Part shown: one piece after another, positions 14,418 to 27,878 of the stretch
How the letters are laid out: each line of letters opens with the position of its first letter
Position numbering within the stretch: the stretch's first letter is position 1
Assembly (NCBI RefSeq): GCF_006345805.1
Contig: NC_043008.1
Location: 43,400,001 to 43,464,000, forward strand
DNA from: Octopus sinensis
Taxonomy: Eukaryota
Direction: 5' to 3'
Length of the DNA: 64,000 bases
Program-made: the position numbers and the translations under genes
The notes under the pieces: model-generated
What the model was told of the DNA's origin: nothing
What the model saw: only the letters and a program-made list of their open reading frames with translations
The model's database searches: none

Positions 14418-15810
14418 GTATATGTTTGTGTGTTTGTGTTTGTCCCCTCACCATCGCCTGACAACCATGTAATAAACACTTTAGACCTCTGCACAGAGCA
14501 CCATGATAGCCGATGCCTATAGGCTTGACACATGGACTCTGGGAGGTGGAGGAAACTGAAGATGTGCCTCGCTATTTTCTCCATTTGAACATGAACCTTG
14601 ATGTTTTAAGGAAGCGCAAATGGCAAATTTAGTAACCACATTTTACGCGATGTCATCAACAATCAGTTCCGATTGGGATCTGAAACTAAAATGCCAACAC
14701 GGCTCAATGGCAGCTTAATTTTTACTTTACAGTTTTCACCTTTAAGTCTCGTAAATTAGAGTAAAGTAGAAAGTCGTAATGTTTAAGCTTTTTACATCAT
14801 TGGTGATACTGAAAATGTTTTCAGTTTATAGTAAAACGTGTGCCGTAGTTTCGGTCTGTTAAGTATTTACCGAACGATTCACGCTAGAAAACATTGTGTC
14901 ACGTGATTATAAAATATAATGACTATTAATATAATATCGATTTCAAATCCCACCTTCTGCTCAATTGTTTAAATTCCACCGAGTTATCATGTGTCACATA
15001 GATATCAGCGTCAATAAAGACTCAAGCGAACTGTGAAATATGAATTTTTGGCGCACTTATTGAAGAGGAAACCTTGGAATGTTTATATGAAAATAATGCC
15101 AGAAAATACTTTAGCCGAAGCCAAATGATCCTATTAAGTAAGTAGTGGATCAAGAACGAGCTGGGAATATAGAATCGCTGTTCTTTCTGCTATAAGCATC
15201 GAATCACAAAAAGAAACGAAAGTTGTTAATCGTGTGCAGTCTCCATATTGGCAACAGTTATGAAAGGAAACTGCTGCGAATTTCTATAAAGTAAAGATTG
15301 GTGTTTAGTTGCGTAATATTGCGTAATTCTATGTTTGAATGAGTTCTATAGTTTAGGAACACACACACACGCACACATATACACACACACACACATTCAA
15401 GCGTGCATATTTACAAGAACACATTATGTGTGTATATAATAGAATATACACACATATAAAATGCATCACGGGATATATTTATAACCATTTAAACACACGT
15501 ACACCATTATATTCAATACACATATATTCCTATGTATATATATGCACATATATACATATTTATACATTAATATGTACATATTAATATATGCATACATACA
15601 TAAATATACACATATATATATAATTTATATATTATATAAATTATATATATTATATATATTTATACTTATATATACACACATATATAACTTATATACATAT
15701 ATATACGTGTATATAGTCATTTAGATATACGTATATCATATATATATATATGCAAGTATGTATGCATATATATATGTTTATAAATACGTGTATATAATCA
15801 TATACATACA

Positions 15811-15849
<39 letters not shown>

Positions 15850-16365
15850 CGCATTCATATTTTTTAAAATCGTACCCCACCGTCTTAACGAAAGAAACGA
15901 CACATTAGATAATGTAATCTTCGGTACACTCTTCCAAAAGAAGTGTGAAATATTCGCAGGTGGGCTGCTTTTGAAGCTGGGAGGTCAAGTAGGTTTGATC
16001 TGGGATTAAGTAATCTCAACAAATACACACCACACACTCATACACCGACTCATATTTAAGTATACACTTGAATGTGTATATACAGACATATATATATGTA
16101 TATATCCAGACAGACACATGCACACGTAGACAATAGATATGGACATATATGTAATATGAGTATATATTATATATATATGTGTGTGTATGTGCTGTATGTA
16201 TATATGATATATGTACATACATATTTGTTTTATGTATGTATATATATACACACGCATATTTATATACAAAATTAAATTCAGTTTTGAACATGTGTATACG
16301 TGCTTGCATAGTTCGGTTACAAGTGGGTGAGCAGAAAAGTTTAAGCAAGAGATTGTGTAGGTGAG

Positions 16366-16486
16366 GTGAGAAGAAGAAGACGACGAAGAAGAAGAAAGGA
16401 TGAAGAGGAGGAGGAGAACGAGAAGAAGAAGAAGAAGAAGACGACGAAGGAGAAAGGAGGAAGAGGTGGAGAAGAAGAAGAAGAAG

Positions 16487-16518
<32 letters not shown>

Positions 16519-16612
16519 GAAGAAGAAGAAGAAGAAGAAGAAGAAGAAGAAGAAGAAGAAGAAGAAGAAGAAGAAGAAGAAAGGAGGAAGAGGAGAAGCA
16601 GGAGGGGAGTGC
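16366..16612 (+). repeat. (GAA)n / purine-rich trinucleotide tract
   Basis: Long near-perfect GAA run at about 16470-16580 with GAG/GAC flanks. Confidence 0.95.
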
Positions 16613-16884
16613 GTACGGCTAGTGAAAGAGAGAGGCGAAAAGAGTAGTGAGAGAGAGAGAATGAGCGGGTAGTGAAAGACAGAGCGAGCGAGCGGATAGT
16701 GAAAGTGATAATAGGATGAAGCCATGACGAAACGCGGCGAACAAGTTTTGAACGACTCGAAAATTACAATTTACTTTTTAGTAATAACAGTTTTGTGATT
16801 CATACAAATTGACTGAACGAAATCGTATAAATGAATTCTTGAAATTAAATACCAAATAAAACACAACAAAAACATGCATATATA

Positions 16885-16930
<46 letters not shown>

Positions 16931-17094
16931 ATATATATATAAATACCAATATATTATTCAAAACAGCTATACGTATTGATTATGTACATATGTATATATC
17001 TATATATATATATATACATTATATACATATAATACATACATACATATATATGTTTGTGTGTGTTTATGTGTATAAATTTATATGCATTTATGCA

Positions 17095-17138
<44 letters not shown>

Positions 17139-17201
17139 ACGTATATATATTTACACACATATATATTTACACAGATATAGATATGTACATATATATATAC
17201 C

Positions 17202-17238
<37 letters not shown>

Positions 17239-17341
17239 TGTATATATATATGTGTGTTTGTGTGTGTGCGTATGTACGTATAAGTTTATATGTATATAAG
17301 TGTATATATATATATATACATAAACATACATATACATGTAC

Positions 17342-17373
<32 letters not shown>

Positions 17374-17799
17374 TTATATATATATATGTATGTATACATG
17401 TATATATGTGTGTATGTGTGTGTGTGTGTGGTGTGACAGAGAGAGAGCCTTAGTTTGTTAAGTGTTGGACTCCAAATACTTGTATTGCATTTAAATGTGG
17501 TGTTAAAGTTGCCGGTTTTAAAAGCTTTTCTTTGTTAGGAAACGCATCAACTTGAAATCATCTTTAAAATATTTAAGTAGGAAAATTTCAATATTTGTCC
17601 CCATCTTTGTATTTTCTCTTCTTTTTTTTTGGTTTGTATTAAAATGTTTCATAATTTAAAAGTTATTAAAGTTTTATTAAAATGCAATAAAGATGGAAGT
17701 GATTCTTGGTTTTTTTTTTGTTTTCTTTTTTGGTTGTTTTTTTTTTGTAGTTTTTTTTTACAGAATTTTCATAATGTAATGTTACAGTGAGAAATACTG

Positions 17800-18079
17800 C
17801 TGTCATCATCATCATCATCATCATCATCACCACCACCACCACCACTGCGACCACCACTACGACCATCATCGTCATCATCGTCATCGTCGTCGTCGCCTTT
17901 GTCATCGCTGTCATCGTCACTGTCATCATCCGTCGTTCCCATCAACATCATCGCCATCATCACCATCACCATCATCACCTTCATCATCATCATTATCATC
18001 ATCGTCATCATCATCATCATCTTCATCAACATCATCATCATCATCATCATATTATTATTATCATTATTATTATTATTAC

Positions 18080-18127
<48 letters not shown>

Positions 18128-18152
18128 GATTATTATTACTATTATTATTATT

Positions 18153-18187
<35 letters not shown>

Positions 18188-18192
18188 TATTA
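17800..18192. repeat. Compound (ATC)n/(CAC)n/(ATT)n microsatellite
   Basis: Direct inspection. Confidence 0.95.
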
Positions 18193-18199
18193 CGTGATG

Positions 18200-18830
18200 A
18201 AAACTCACAGGTCTGTGGGTGATTGAAGAATACACGTTGGCCGAGTCTACCGAAGGCGGAGTGGGCCTCCCTGATCTGGTTCTCCAAGTCCTGTTCACAC
18301 GTGAGGATCTTTGAAAGAATACTCCCAAGTTATGGGAAGTGTTCAACTTCTTAGGGGTTGGCCGTTATGCTAATGTTCGTAGGGGGACAGTTCTGGCCTG
18401 GTGCAGGTTGGATCAGGGTTTCAGTCTTTAATATGTTTACCTGCATCATAAGCCGCATTGTAAAGATCGGCCGTCCTTTATAGGCAATCTACGGCCCGGC
18501 TCGGGATGGCACTGTCGTCGGCATACTGTATCTCACGGACTGAGATGGCGAAGGTCCTCATCTTTGCGCGGAGACGTGCGAGATTGAAGAGAACGCTATC
18601 CAAGCGATAGCGGATAGAAGATGATAGCGGATACAAGGTGAGTTGATGGAAGGTGAGTGCAATGGGATTTCGTTGAACATGGTGACCACGTGCAAAGAGA
18701 AACAGGTTCGTGCCAGGACATATCCTTGCTTCAGACCCCCAGTGACGGGAGATGGGTCTCCGAGAGCATTTTGATGGCATACCCCACCCACCATACTGTG
18801 ATGAAAGGAGCGGGCCAGGGCAATGAAGGC
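18200..18830 (-). mobile_element. RTE-BovB-like LINE RT fragment
   Basis: Minus frames PVTGGLKQGYVLARTCFSL, FNLARLRAKMRT..VREIQYADDSA and LGSILSK...ENQIREAHSAFGRL match BovB-type RT domains 4-7, including YADD. Confidence 0.9.
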
Positions 18831-18889
18831 AAACACACACACACACACACACACATACACACACACGTATATATTTTCAAAATGTGACC

Positions 18890-19090
18890 TCGTGTGTACC
18901 GTTGGCGATTTTTTTTCCTCTGTCTTCCCTTCTCTGGATCTTTCCTTCTCCTATATTACCGACGAAGAGCTCCGCTCGAAACGTTAAAACCCTCCTTCTT
19001 TCCTTCTTTCCTGAGCGTCCAATAAATATATGTTTTCCACGTCCTCGCGCTGTTGTGTTTTTTTGTGCTTTCTTGTTTGGATTAACTATA
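18890..19090 (+). mobile_element. Short hammerhead-motif repeat, family H2 (decayed core)
   Basis: ccgacga-agagctccgctc-gaaacgtt at 18959-18985. Colinear with 37325-37505 (cgttggcgat...ctgagcgtc...cacgtcctcgcg). Confidence 0.6.
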
Positions 19091-19094
19091 TATT

Positions 19095-19127
<33 letters not shown>

Positions 19128-19136
19128 AATGTGTGT

Positions 19137-20027
19137 GTACAGGTTGCGGTGAATATATTATCGTGTAAATTACCCAATGATGAATATTAACAGACATATC
19201 ATTTTAACAGATATATTTACCAAAACTGCGTTAAAATATCTTGAAATACTAAAGAGTTAATTTATTCAATTAAATCGCCATTGGCTTCAACCAGGGCCTC
19301 CGGACGACTTCGGAATTTCCTGCAACATTTCTGGGCGCACTTTTTATTTTAAAGTTAATAAATGCTGCTATCGTCTTTCCTGTTAGTTTATTTTTGGCGT
19401 TACTAGGAGTGTATTGGTCTCTCGCTCAGCTGCACCCCGCACATAATAATCAAGGGGGTTGCAGTGCGGGGAGTTAGGTGACCAGATGACAGGGGTGGTG
19501 TGGTCGCAAAAATTTCTGAAAACCATGACTGGGTTCTCTGCTTGTGTGACATGGTGCAGAGTCCTGTTGCCAGCCATAGAGTCTTCCTGCAGCCACTCTC
19601 TTGCCCCAGGGTAGCACTACCCCCTCCAGGAATTTGATGTAGGCCTCCGTGTTGAACCTCAGGTCGTGTGGGAAGCTTAATGGATGCATAACGTTGCCAT
19701 CACTAGTGATCACTCCAAGCACCATGATGTTGACTGGATGTTTTTATCACTCTCGGTACATGTTTTGGGGACACGGTCAGTCAACGGTTGTTCCGTGTGT
19801 TCACAATCCGTTCATACTGGAACTCCCAGCGCCGCATCAATGCCAAGCAGTACAGAATATCGTTTCCATATTTCTTGCGAAGTGAATTGTGCCATGGTCC
19901 TTTTTCTCTCACAGACGGAACCCAACTGACCCTACTATAATGTGTAGTCGATAAAATCAGAAACAAACAATGCGCATGCGCGAAATAAAAATTGTGAAAT
20001 GGCAACAATTAACCCATCGCACGCTAT
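19137..20027 (-). mobile_element. Internally deleted maT/DD37D Tc1-mariner element
   Basis: Minus translation HPVNIMVLGVITSDG...WQQDSAPCHTS...IWSPNSPHCNPLDYY gives 37 residues between the 2nd and 3rd Asp after frameshift repair. Both ends have degenerate TA-flanked TIR-like sequence. Confidence 0.85.
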
Positions 20028-20154
20028 ACATATATATATATATATATATATATAAATTTTATTATTTTTTATCAGTTCAAAGTTACAAAGATTTTATAAC
20101 TTTCAGCAGTATATATATATAAATGTGTGTGTGTGTGTGTATGTATGTTGTTTA

Positions 20155-20237
<83 letters not shown>

Positions 20238-20460
20238 GTGTATGTACATATAATATACATACATATATATCCATATATACACACACATATAATATACATA
20301 TATAAACATGTGGGTATAAAGTATGTTTATAGTATATATTATTATTATATTATATATACATACATTCATACATATGTACATATACATTCATGTATATATG
20401 TATGTGTGTGTTTGTATGCATGTATCTTTGTGTGCATGTGTATATATATGTATATATATG

Positions 20461-20494
<34 letters not shown>

Positions 20495-20523
20495 ATATAT
20501 AATATACATACATATATATATAG

Positions 20524-20575
<52 letters not shown>

Positions 20576-21002
20576 GTACACTCTGTGCTTGTGCGTGTGT
20601 GTATGTGTGGAAAATATAAATTCTATAAATTACGAAATACAAATTATAAAATGTTCTATTCTGTTCACGATCACAGATTGGATAAATATATTTTCTACCC
20701 GTCGATAAGTTAATTTCATTGTTGCATATGCTGAGACTTCAGTGGCGATGTCATGAAAATTACACAAAAAATTTGATTACGGAAGTGGACATAGTGTTCT
20801 GCAAAGTTTGCTAATAAAGTGCGTAAACTTGTATACATGAAACGTGTGTGTACGAATACATATATATGTACGTGAATGTGTGTTTCTACGTGTACGTGTA
20901 TGTGTACATATATGCATGTATGCATATATATGTGCGTGTGTGTACATATATTCATATACATGTGTATCTGTGTGTTTCTATATATCTATATCTATTTATC
21001 TA

Positions 21003-21058
<56 letters not shown>

Positions 21059-21456
21059 TACATATATGCATATATACATATATCACCATATATATGTGTG
21101 TATACACACACGCACACATATATGTGTATGTGTGAATATATATGTATATATACATATATGTATATATACATATGTATATTCATATACATTTGTATCTATG
21201 TGCTTGTGTGTATATATATATATATATCGGTAAGTGTGTATGTACGTGTATTTCTGTATATGTATGCAGTAAATGTTAATGAATATACAGGTATATTTGC
21301 ATACATATTTGCATTTATAATTTATACATTAATACATATATGCACGCATACATATATACGTAACCATATACAAACACGTTCACATAGATAGGTTCATCTC
21401 ACACACACACACACACATTCACACACGCACACACACATATATGTGTGTGTTTGCAG

Positions 21457-21501
21457 TATACGAATTTAAACACCAGGTACCAATTACTATAAAGTCTCTG
21501 C
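21457..21501 (+). CDS. Weak candidate 45-nt symmetric (phase 1) exon, YEFKHQVPITIKSL
   Basis: Acceptor tgtgtttgcag, donor ctgc|gtaagt; one frame open. No homology recognised. Confidence 0.2.
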
Positions 21502-21584
21502 GTAAGTTAAATGCAATAACACATCTGTATATAGCTGCTGTAATACCATACGTGTGTATATATGTGTGCGTACACATAGCATGT

Positions 21585-21644
<60 letters not shown>

Positions 21645-21898
21645 TGCTATTCTTTTACTTGTTGTAATCATTTAACTGTGGCCATGCTGGAGCAGCACTT
21701 TAGTGGAGCAAATCAACCCCAGGACTTATTCTTTTAAGTTAAACTTATCTATCTAATATCTATCTATCATCTATATATCTATCTATCTATCTATGTATCT
21801 CTCAATAAAGAGATAGATAGATAGATAGATAGATAGAGATGAGCAGATATGTCTATGTGTGTATACAATCATGAATAGAACAAAACATTCACAGTGTT

Positions 21899-21938
<40 letters not shown>

Positions 21939-22360
21939 CTATATATATTATATATATATATATATTATAGTATATATATATATATATGCAGTTATAAATA
22001 CGCATACATACACAGACATTTATGGAAACATCCACATCCACACACGTACAAAGATAAAGAACTGGCGAGGACCTAGCAAACCCCCAACTCCTTGCAGTAC
22101 ATCAGCTGAAAAGAAATTTAAAAATTAAAACTAAATGAACGAAAAGGACGGCAACAACAACAACAGTAATGATGGAACCCATAAAGAGAACAAATTTACG
22201 TGTCTGTGTGTGTGGATGCCTGTGTGCGTGTGTTTGTATGTGTGTGTGGTTGTGTGCGTGGTTGCGTGTATGAGTGGGTGGTTGTGTGGCTGTGTGTGTA
22301 ATTGTGTGTGTGTGTGGTTGTGTGTGTGTTTGTATGTCTGCGTTTGTATGTGCGTGTTGT

Positions 22361-22688
22361 TGAACAAATCGACCCCAGGACTTATTCTTTGTAAGCCTAG
22401 TATATATTCTACCGGGTTGTTTTGCCGAACCGCTAAGTTACGGGGACGTAAACACACAAACATCGGTTGTCAAGCGATGGTGGTTGGGACAAACACAGAC
22501 ACACAAGCATATATATGTACATACGACAGGCTTCTTTGTGTTTCCGTCTGCCAAATCCACTCACAAAGTTTTGGTTGGCCCTAGGCTATAGTAGATGACA
22601 TTTGCCCAAGGTGCCACGCAGTGGGACTGAACCCGGAACCATGTGGCTGGCAAGCAAGCTACTTACCACACAGCGACTCCTGCGCCTC
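22361..22688 (-). mobile_element. SINE family A
   Basis: Colinear with 42440-42786, including the head gtgtggtaagtagcttgcttgccagccacatggttccgggttcagtccc. Confidence 0.9.
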
Positions 22689-22737
22689 CAAGTTAATAAT
22701 ATTTATTTATTTATTTTCTATTTACTTACCAGGTGAA

Positions 22738-22786
22738 TGACTCGCTGCTCCGGAGTTTCGCTCGTAAGTTATCAGGCTCATCAGGC
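22738..22786 (-). ncRNA. Hammerhead-ribozyme-like motif
   Basis: Minus strand reads CTGATGA-gcctgataacttacgagc-GAA-ACTC-cggagcagc-GAGT-C: intact core, 4-bp stem III, GUC triplet. Stem I is poorly paired. Confidence 0.45.
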
Positions 22787-23033
22787 ATATTACTACGTCA
22801 GGAAAATTATAATTTGCTTGGTGAAGATGTCACCACACAGGCGAAATTCCAGAGCAGCAACAGACTGACCTGACCCAAAGAAAAATATATGTGATTGTAT
22901 GAGTGCTGGTGTGTGTTGTTTCGATGGCTGTGTATGTGTATGTGTCTGTATGTGTGTGTACCTTATTATACATATTGTTGCTGTTGCTGCTGCTGTTGTT
23001 GTTGTTGTTGTTGTTGTGTTGTTGTTGTTAGAC

Positions 23034-23427
23034 AAGGCGGCGATTTGGCAGAATCGTTAAGCACGCCGGGCAAAATGCTTAGCGGTGTTTCACCAGTCTT
23101 TACGTTCTGAGTTCAATTTCTGCCAAGGTTGACTTTGCCTTTCATCATTTCGGGATCGATAAATTAAGTACCATTGAAACACTGGGGGTTGATGGAGTCG
23201 ACTAATCCCCTCTCGCAAAATTTCAGGCCTTGATCCTATAGTAGAAACGATTGTTATTATTATATTTGGGTGAGAGAGCAATGCATGCCATCAAAGTGAC
23301 ATTTGGGTAAAATATACGAAGCCCAGTGAACCCATCATGATACCCGTCTAATAATTATTAATATTCATATTATTATTATTATTATCATCATTATTATTAT
23401 ATTATTATCATCATATTATTATTATTA

Positions 23428-23471
<44 letters not shown>

Positions 23472-24128
23472 TATTATAAAGTGATTAACAATATTAATAC
23501 GCCGGGCAAAATGCATAGCGACATTTCATCCGTCTTTACGTTCTGAGTTCGAATTCCGCCAAAGTCGACTTAGTCTTTCAACCTTTCGAAATTAATAAAA
23601 TAAGTACCAGTTGCGTACTGGTATCGATGTAGTCGACTTACCACCTACCCCCAAAATTCCTGGCCTTGTGCCAAAATTTGAAATCATTATTGTTACTACT
23701 ACTACTACTACTCCCACTACTGCTGCTGCTGTTTCTGCTTCTGCTGTTGCTACTGCTGCTACTACTTCTCTCAAGGCAGCGAGCTGGCAGAATCGTTAGC
23801 ACCCGGGCGAAAAGAGAGCTTGAAGTCATTTCGACTATCTTTTTGTTCTGAGTTCGAGATCCGACGAGGACGATCTTAGCTTTCATTCTTTTGGAGTCGA
23901 TAAAATAAATACCAGTCATGTACTGGAGTCGATATAATCGACCTACCCCCTCCTCCAAAATTATTGGCATTGAGTCAAAATTTGGCAAGTTCAAATTCCA
24001 CCGAGGTCGACTTTGCCTTTCATCCTTTCAGTGTCGTTAAATTAAGTACCAGTTGTGTACTGGGGTTGATGTAATCAACTGGCCCCTTCTCCTACAACCT
24101 CGGGCCTTGTGCCTAGAGCAGAAAACAA
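23034..24128 (+). mobile_element. Cluster of four head-to-tail SINE family B copies
   Basis: Copies at about 23034-23255, 23499-23690, 23772-23985 and 23986-24128 each contain gagttcaaattcc/gtcgactttgcctttcatc/gtaccag. (ATT)n and (ACT)n tracts separate the first three. Confidence 0.85.
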
Positions 24129-25628
24129 AGCGATCCTGTTTTTTTCTGTGTTTTATTTTTTTCTTTTACACACACACACACAAATACACACGCTCCCTCC
24201 CCCTCCCTCTCTCTCTCTCTCTCCACTTTTTCTATCACTCTAACACATGCATTCTCTCCCTCTCTCTTCGTATATAAATATGCATATGTATGTATATACA
24301 GACATATATGTGTATGAGAGAGAGAAGTGTGGGCGTGGATGTATTGATGTGTATATGTATATAGATATCTATATATGTATCTGTGTGTGTGCGTATATGT
24401 GTGCGTATATGTGTGCCTGTGTGCATGTATGTCTGTGTATGTGCGCGTGTGTTTCCTTTTCCATTCGGATTTGGCCAATTCCGTCACATACCGCCATTTG
24501 CCTTCTTCAATTCTCGTCATAATCTTTTATGTAACACACGGATCTTGTGTATAAATAGTTGGAAAAGAAGCATTCCTGATTCTTTTCCATTCCTTTTTTT
24601 ATTCTCTTCGTCTGTCTCTTTGCTTGTTTGTATACATGCAAGTAGGTATGCGTCTAGCTTTGTGTAGATATGTATGTGCACATAACAGTATATGAGTACG
24701 TTTGTGTGTGTGTATGTGTATGTGTATGTGAGTGTGTGTGTCATTTTCAGCCTAAATTCAAACGTAATAGATTGTAGTAACAAGATGGCTGTTTAGCAAG
24801 AATTCGTTATATTAGCGCTGCTCTTCGCACTATTTCCGTGCTTTAATTTGGTAGAAAGCTGCGTTAAAGTAATTACCGCTGCCTTAACCTCACTACTATG
24901 TCATGTTATTACCATTTTATAGAGCGCAACCCATTTCTGCAGCATCCTAGATTCACCATGGAAAAAGAAAGAACAGAGAAATTAAGATACGAAAAAATAA
25001 TATGAGAAAAACAAAGACATCGCTTCAGAAATTAACCTCACTGCGTACGGCGGGACTGGAACACATAAATCTTTTTTTTCGTCTTGTATATGTATAATAA
25101 AAAAAAAACTCTCACAAACACTTCGTCCCTCGTTCTTTTCTAAAGACAAAAGATTTTTCAGTAATTGATCAATTTTCGACTATTATCTTAATCATCTCAT
25201 TTATCAGACAGTAATCTTTGGAATTTTTGTTTCGTATTTGTCTTCTATTTGTTTTCTTTTTGCTTTCTTATTGTTTTGTTTTTTTTCATGCTTGTTATAG
25301 TTTTCGTTTCGTTTCTATTTCTCGTTTCATGTTTTTGTCGGGGTTTTTCTTACGTTCCGTTCGCTTCCGAAACTTTTGATTATGTATGTGTGTCAATATG
25401 TCTGCGTGTCTGTGTGTCTGTGTGCCTGCGTGTGTGTCTGTGTGTAACTGTGTGCGTATGTATGAATGTGTGTGTGCAAATATATATGTATGTTTATATA
25501 CATTTCTAAATATAAATGTGTATGTATATACATAAACGTATATAAATAAACAAATACGCATTCGTGGGAAGGTACATAAATTATATCCATATATACATAT
25601 ATGTGTGTGTGTGTTGTATATGTATATA

Positions 25629-25895
25629 CAGTAATCCCCCAATTATTGCGGCTGTTACATTCCCAAAACCCCCGTGGTAGGTGAAAATCCGCTAAGTAGA
25701 AACAGTACTGTACTGTACATTTTTTAAATTATTATTTTTATAATTTGTATAAAGTTATTTTATCATAAATGCAAAACAACTCCATGGAATGATCGACGTA
25801 AGCTTAAATAATAAACCGCGATAGGCGAACCGTTATAGGTGAATCGTGACAGGTGAACCGCGATAAGCGAACCACGATATAGCAAGGAATTACTA
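25629..25895. mobile_element. Tigger/pogo-type MITE
   Basis: TA-flanked imperfect TIRs cagtaatcccccaattattgcgg ... ccacgatatagcaaggaattacta, with subterminal tandem gaaccgcgata repeats. Confidence 0.7.
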
Positions 25896-25960
25896 TAACA
25901 CTATTTATAAATGCTCTAAAATCTACACAGCCTTGTTTTTTTTTTATCTCATTACGGAAA

Positions 25961-26016
<56 letters not shown>

Positions 26017-26861
26017 GTGTATGTGTAAGAGTAACATCGACGCTTCACCATTGTGAAAAAAGAATAAATATTTGTAAAAAAAAAGAAACCTGATAAACAG
26101 ATTAAAGGTGATAGAAATCGTTCGAACGGATAGAGTAGAATTATCGATAAAAGGGAATTATTAAGAATCGGTAGATTTAGCCAAAGACGGAATAATGCGA
26201 AATGTACGGTTAACAGGGGAAAAATAATGAGGTAAAGCTATGTTCGGGTGAAAAGTGTGGGTATTTCTATTCAACAGTATGTAGGATGCTTAATATTTCT
26301 GTGATTGTAGGAATTAATCTAAAGGTTTATGAAATTATGAACCAGTGCCGCCAAACCTAAAGATGAAGATGTTTATAATTAGAGGATATTATGAACGAAA
26401 AATGAAAAAAAAAGAAAAGTTAAGCTTGAGCTATTTCCAAGCAAGGTATTGTGTATTCATTAATTCTTCAAAGATTTTCTTGTAGTGATAAAATTTAAGA
26501 TATTAATGAATTAGGATATTAATAAGTTAAAACTCAACATCTTCAAACTGAAGAGCTTTGCTAAATTTGTATCTTTGTATTTTTTTATCGATATTTTCGT
26601 TTAAATTGAATTTACTTAACACTTTATATATATACGTCTGAGGAATTTATCTTAGTATAATGAACCACTTTCTAATGTTTGAAAAAATTAATTTACGTTA
26701 ATTGTGGATGAAAGGAGAACGATTTCATTTTTACATAAGTATCTTCTAAAATAAAACGAAAATATACAAGAAGAACTACAAGATGGTATTTATACACTTT
26801 CATTCAACGCTAAAAATAATTTTGGTTACCATCTAAAGTGATTTTCTTTGTAATCGAATAT

Positions 26862-27030
26862 ATTTATTTCTTTATTGCCCACAAGAGGCTAAATAGAGAG
26901 GGGACAAACAAGGACAGACAAAAGGAGTAAGTGGATTATATCGACTCCAGTGCGTAACTGGCACTTATTTAATCGACCCTGAAAGGATGTAAGGCAAAGT
27001 TGACCTCGGCAGAATTAGAACTCAGAACGT
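26862..27030 (-). mobile_element. SINE family B (tail variant 2), 5' truncated
   Basis: Reverse complement of 63600-63768. Confidence 0.8.
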
Positions 27031-27034
27031 AATA

Positions 27035-27091
27035 ATATTAATAATAATAATAATAATAATAATTATAATAATAATAATAATAGTAATAATA

Positions 27092-27149
<58 letters not shown>

Positions 27150-27360
27150 CATAATAATAATAATAATAATAATAATAATCATAATAATAATAATAATAAT
27201 AGTAATAATAACATCGAAAAAATACCTTAGGAATGAGAATCCAAGTTTGACATTTCCCCAAGAAACCTGATGAAGGCTGGAGGGTATATCAGCCAAAACG
27301 TTGTGCTAACAACAAACAAGATGAAGACAAATATCTGTCAAATATAAATAATGTACAGAA
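27035..27360 (+). mobile_element. (AAT)n plus hammerhead-bearing tail of family H1
   Basis: After (AAT)n: catcgaaaaaataccttaggaatgag...CTGATGA-aggctggagggtatatcagcc-AAAACGTT-gtgc. The core G12 is mutated in this copy. Confidence 0.7.
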
Positions 27361-27495
27361 TATAAATGTGAACCAAGTTTTTCAAAGATCAGAAGTATTT
27401 ATTGAATATTCACTGTTCTGGCTAGTGACATGAGATATTTTTGATGCAAAATTTTCTGAGTAATGCTATATCTAGACACTGTTATATGAAGATTT

Positions 27496-27878
27496 GTGTA
27501 GGCGCAATGGACCAGTGGTTAGGACAGCGGACCCACAGTCGTAGGATCGCGGTCTCGATTCCCAGACCGGGCATTGTGAGTGTTTATTGAGCGAAAACAC
27601 CTAAAGCTCCATGAGGTTCCGGCAGGGGTTGTTGGCGAACCCTACTGTACTCTTTCACTGCAACTTTCTCTCACTCTTTCTTCCTGTTTCTGTTCTACCT
27701 GTATTTCATAGGGGCCAACTTTGTCACACTCTGTGTCACGCTGAATCTCCCCGAGAACTACGTTACTGGTACACGTGTCTGTTGAGTGCTCAACCACTTA
27801 TACGTTAATTTCGAGGGCAGGCTCTTCCGCTGATTGGATCAACTGGAACCCTCGTCGTCGCAACCGACAGAGTTGCCC
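27496..27878 (+). mobile_element. SINE family C head plus tail X (full length)
   Basis: A box tggaccagtgg, B box ggtctcgattcc; colinear with 38649-38988. Confidence 0.9.

Noticed and set aside
16006-16725. 239-aa minus ORF and poly-Glu plus ORF
   Set aside because: Derived from (GAA)n and (AT)n tracts.
20103-21391. Many overlapping YI/CV-rich ORFs (also at 12.3-13.2, 32.2-33.8 and 57.2-59.0 kb)
   Set aside because: (AT)n, (GT)n and (TATG)n translations.
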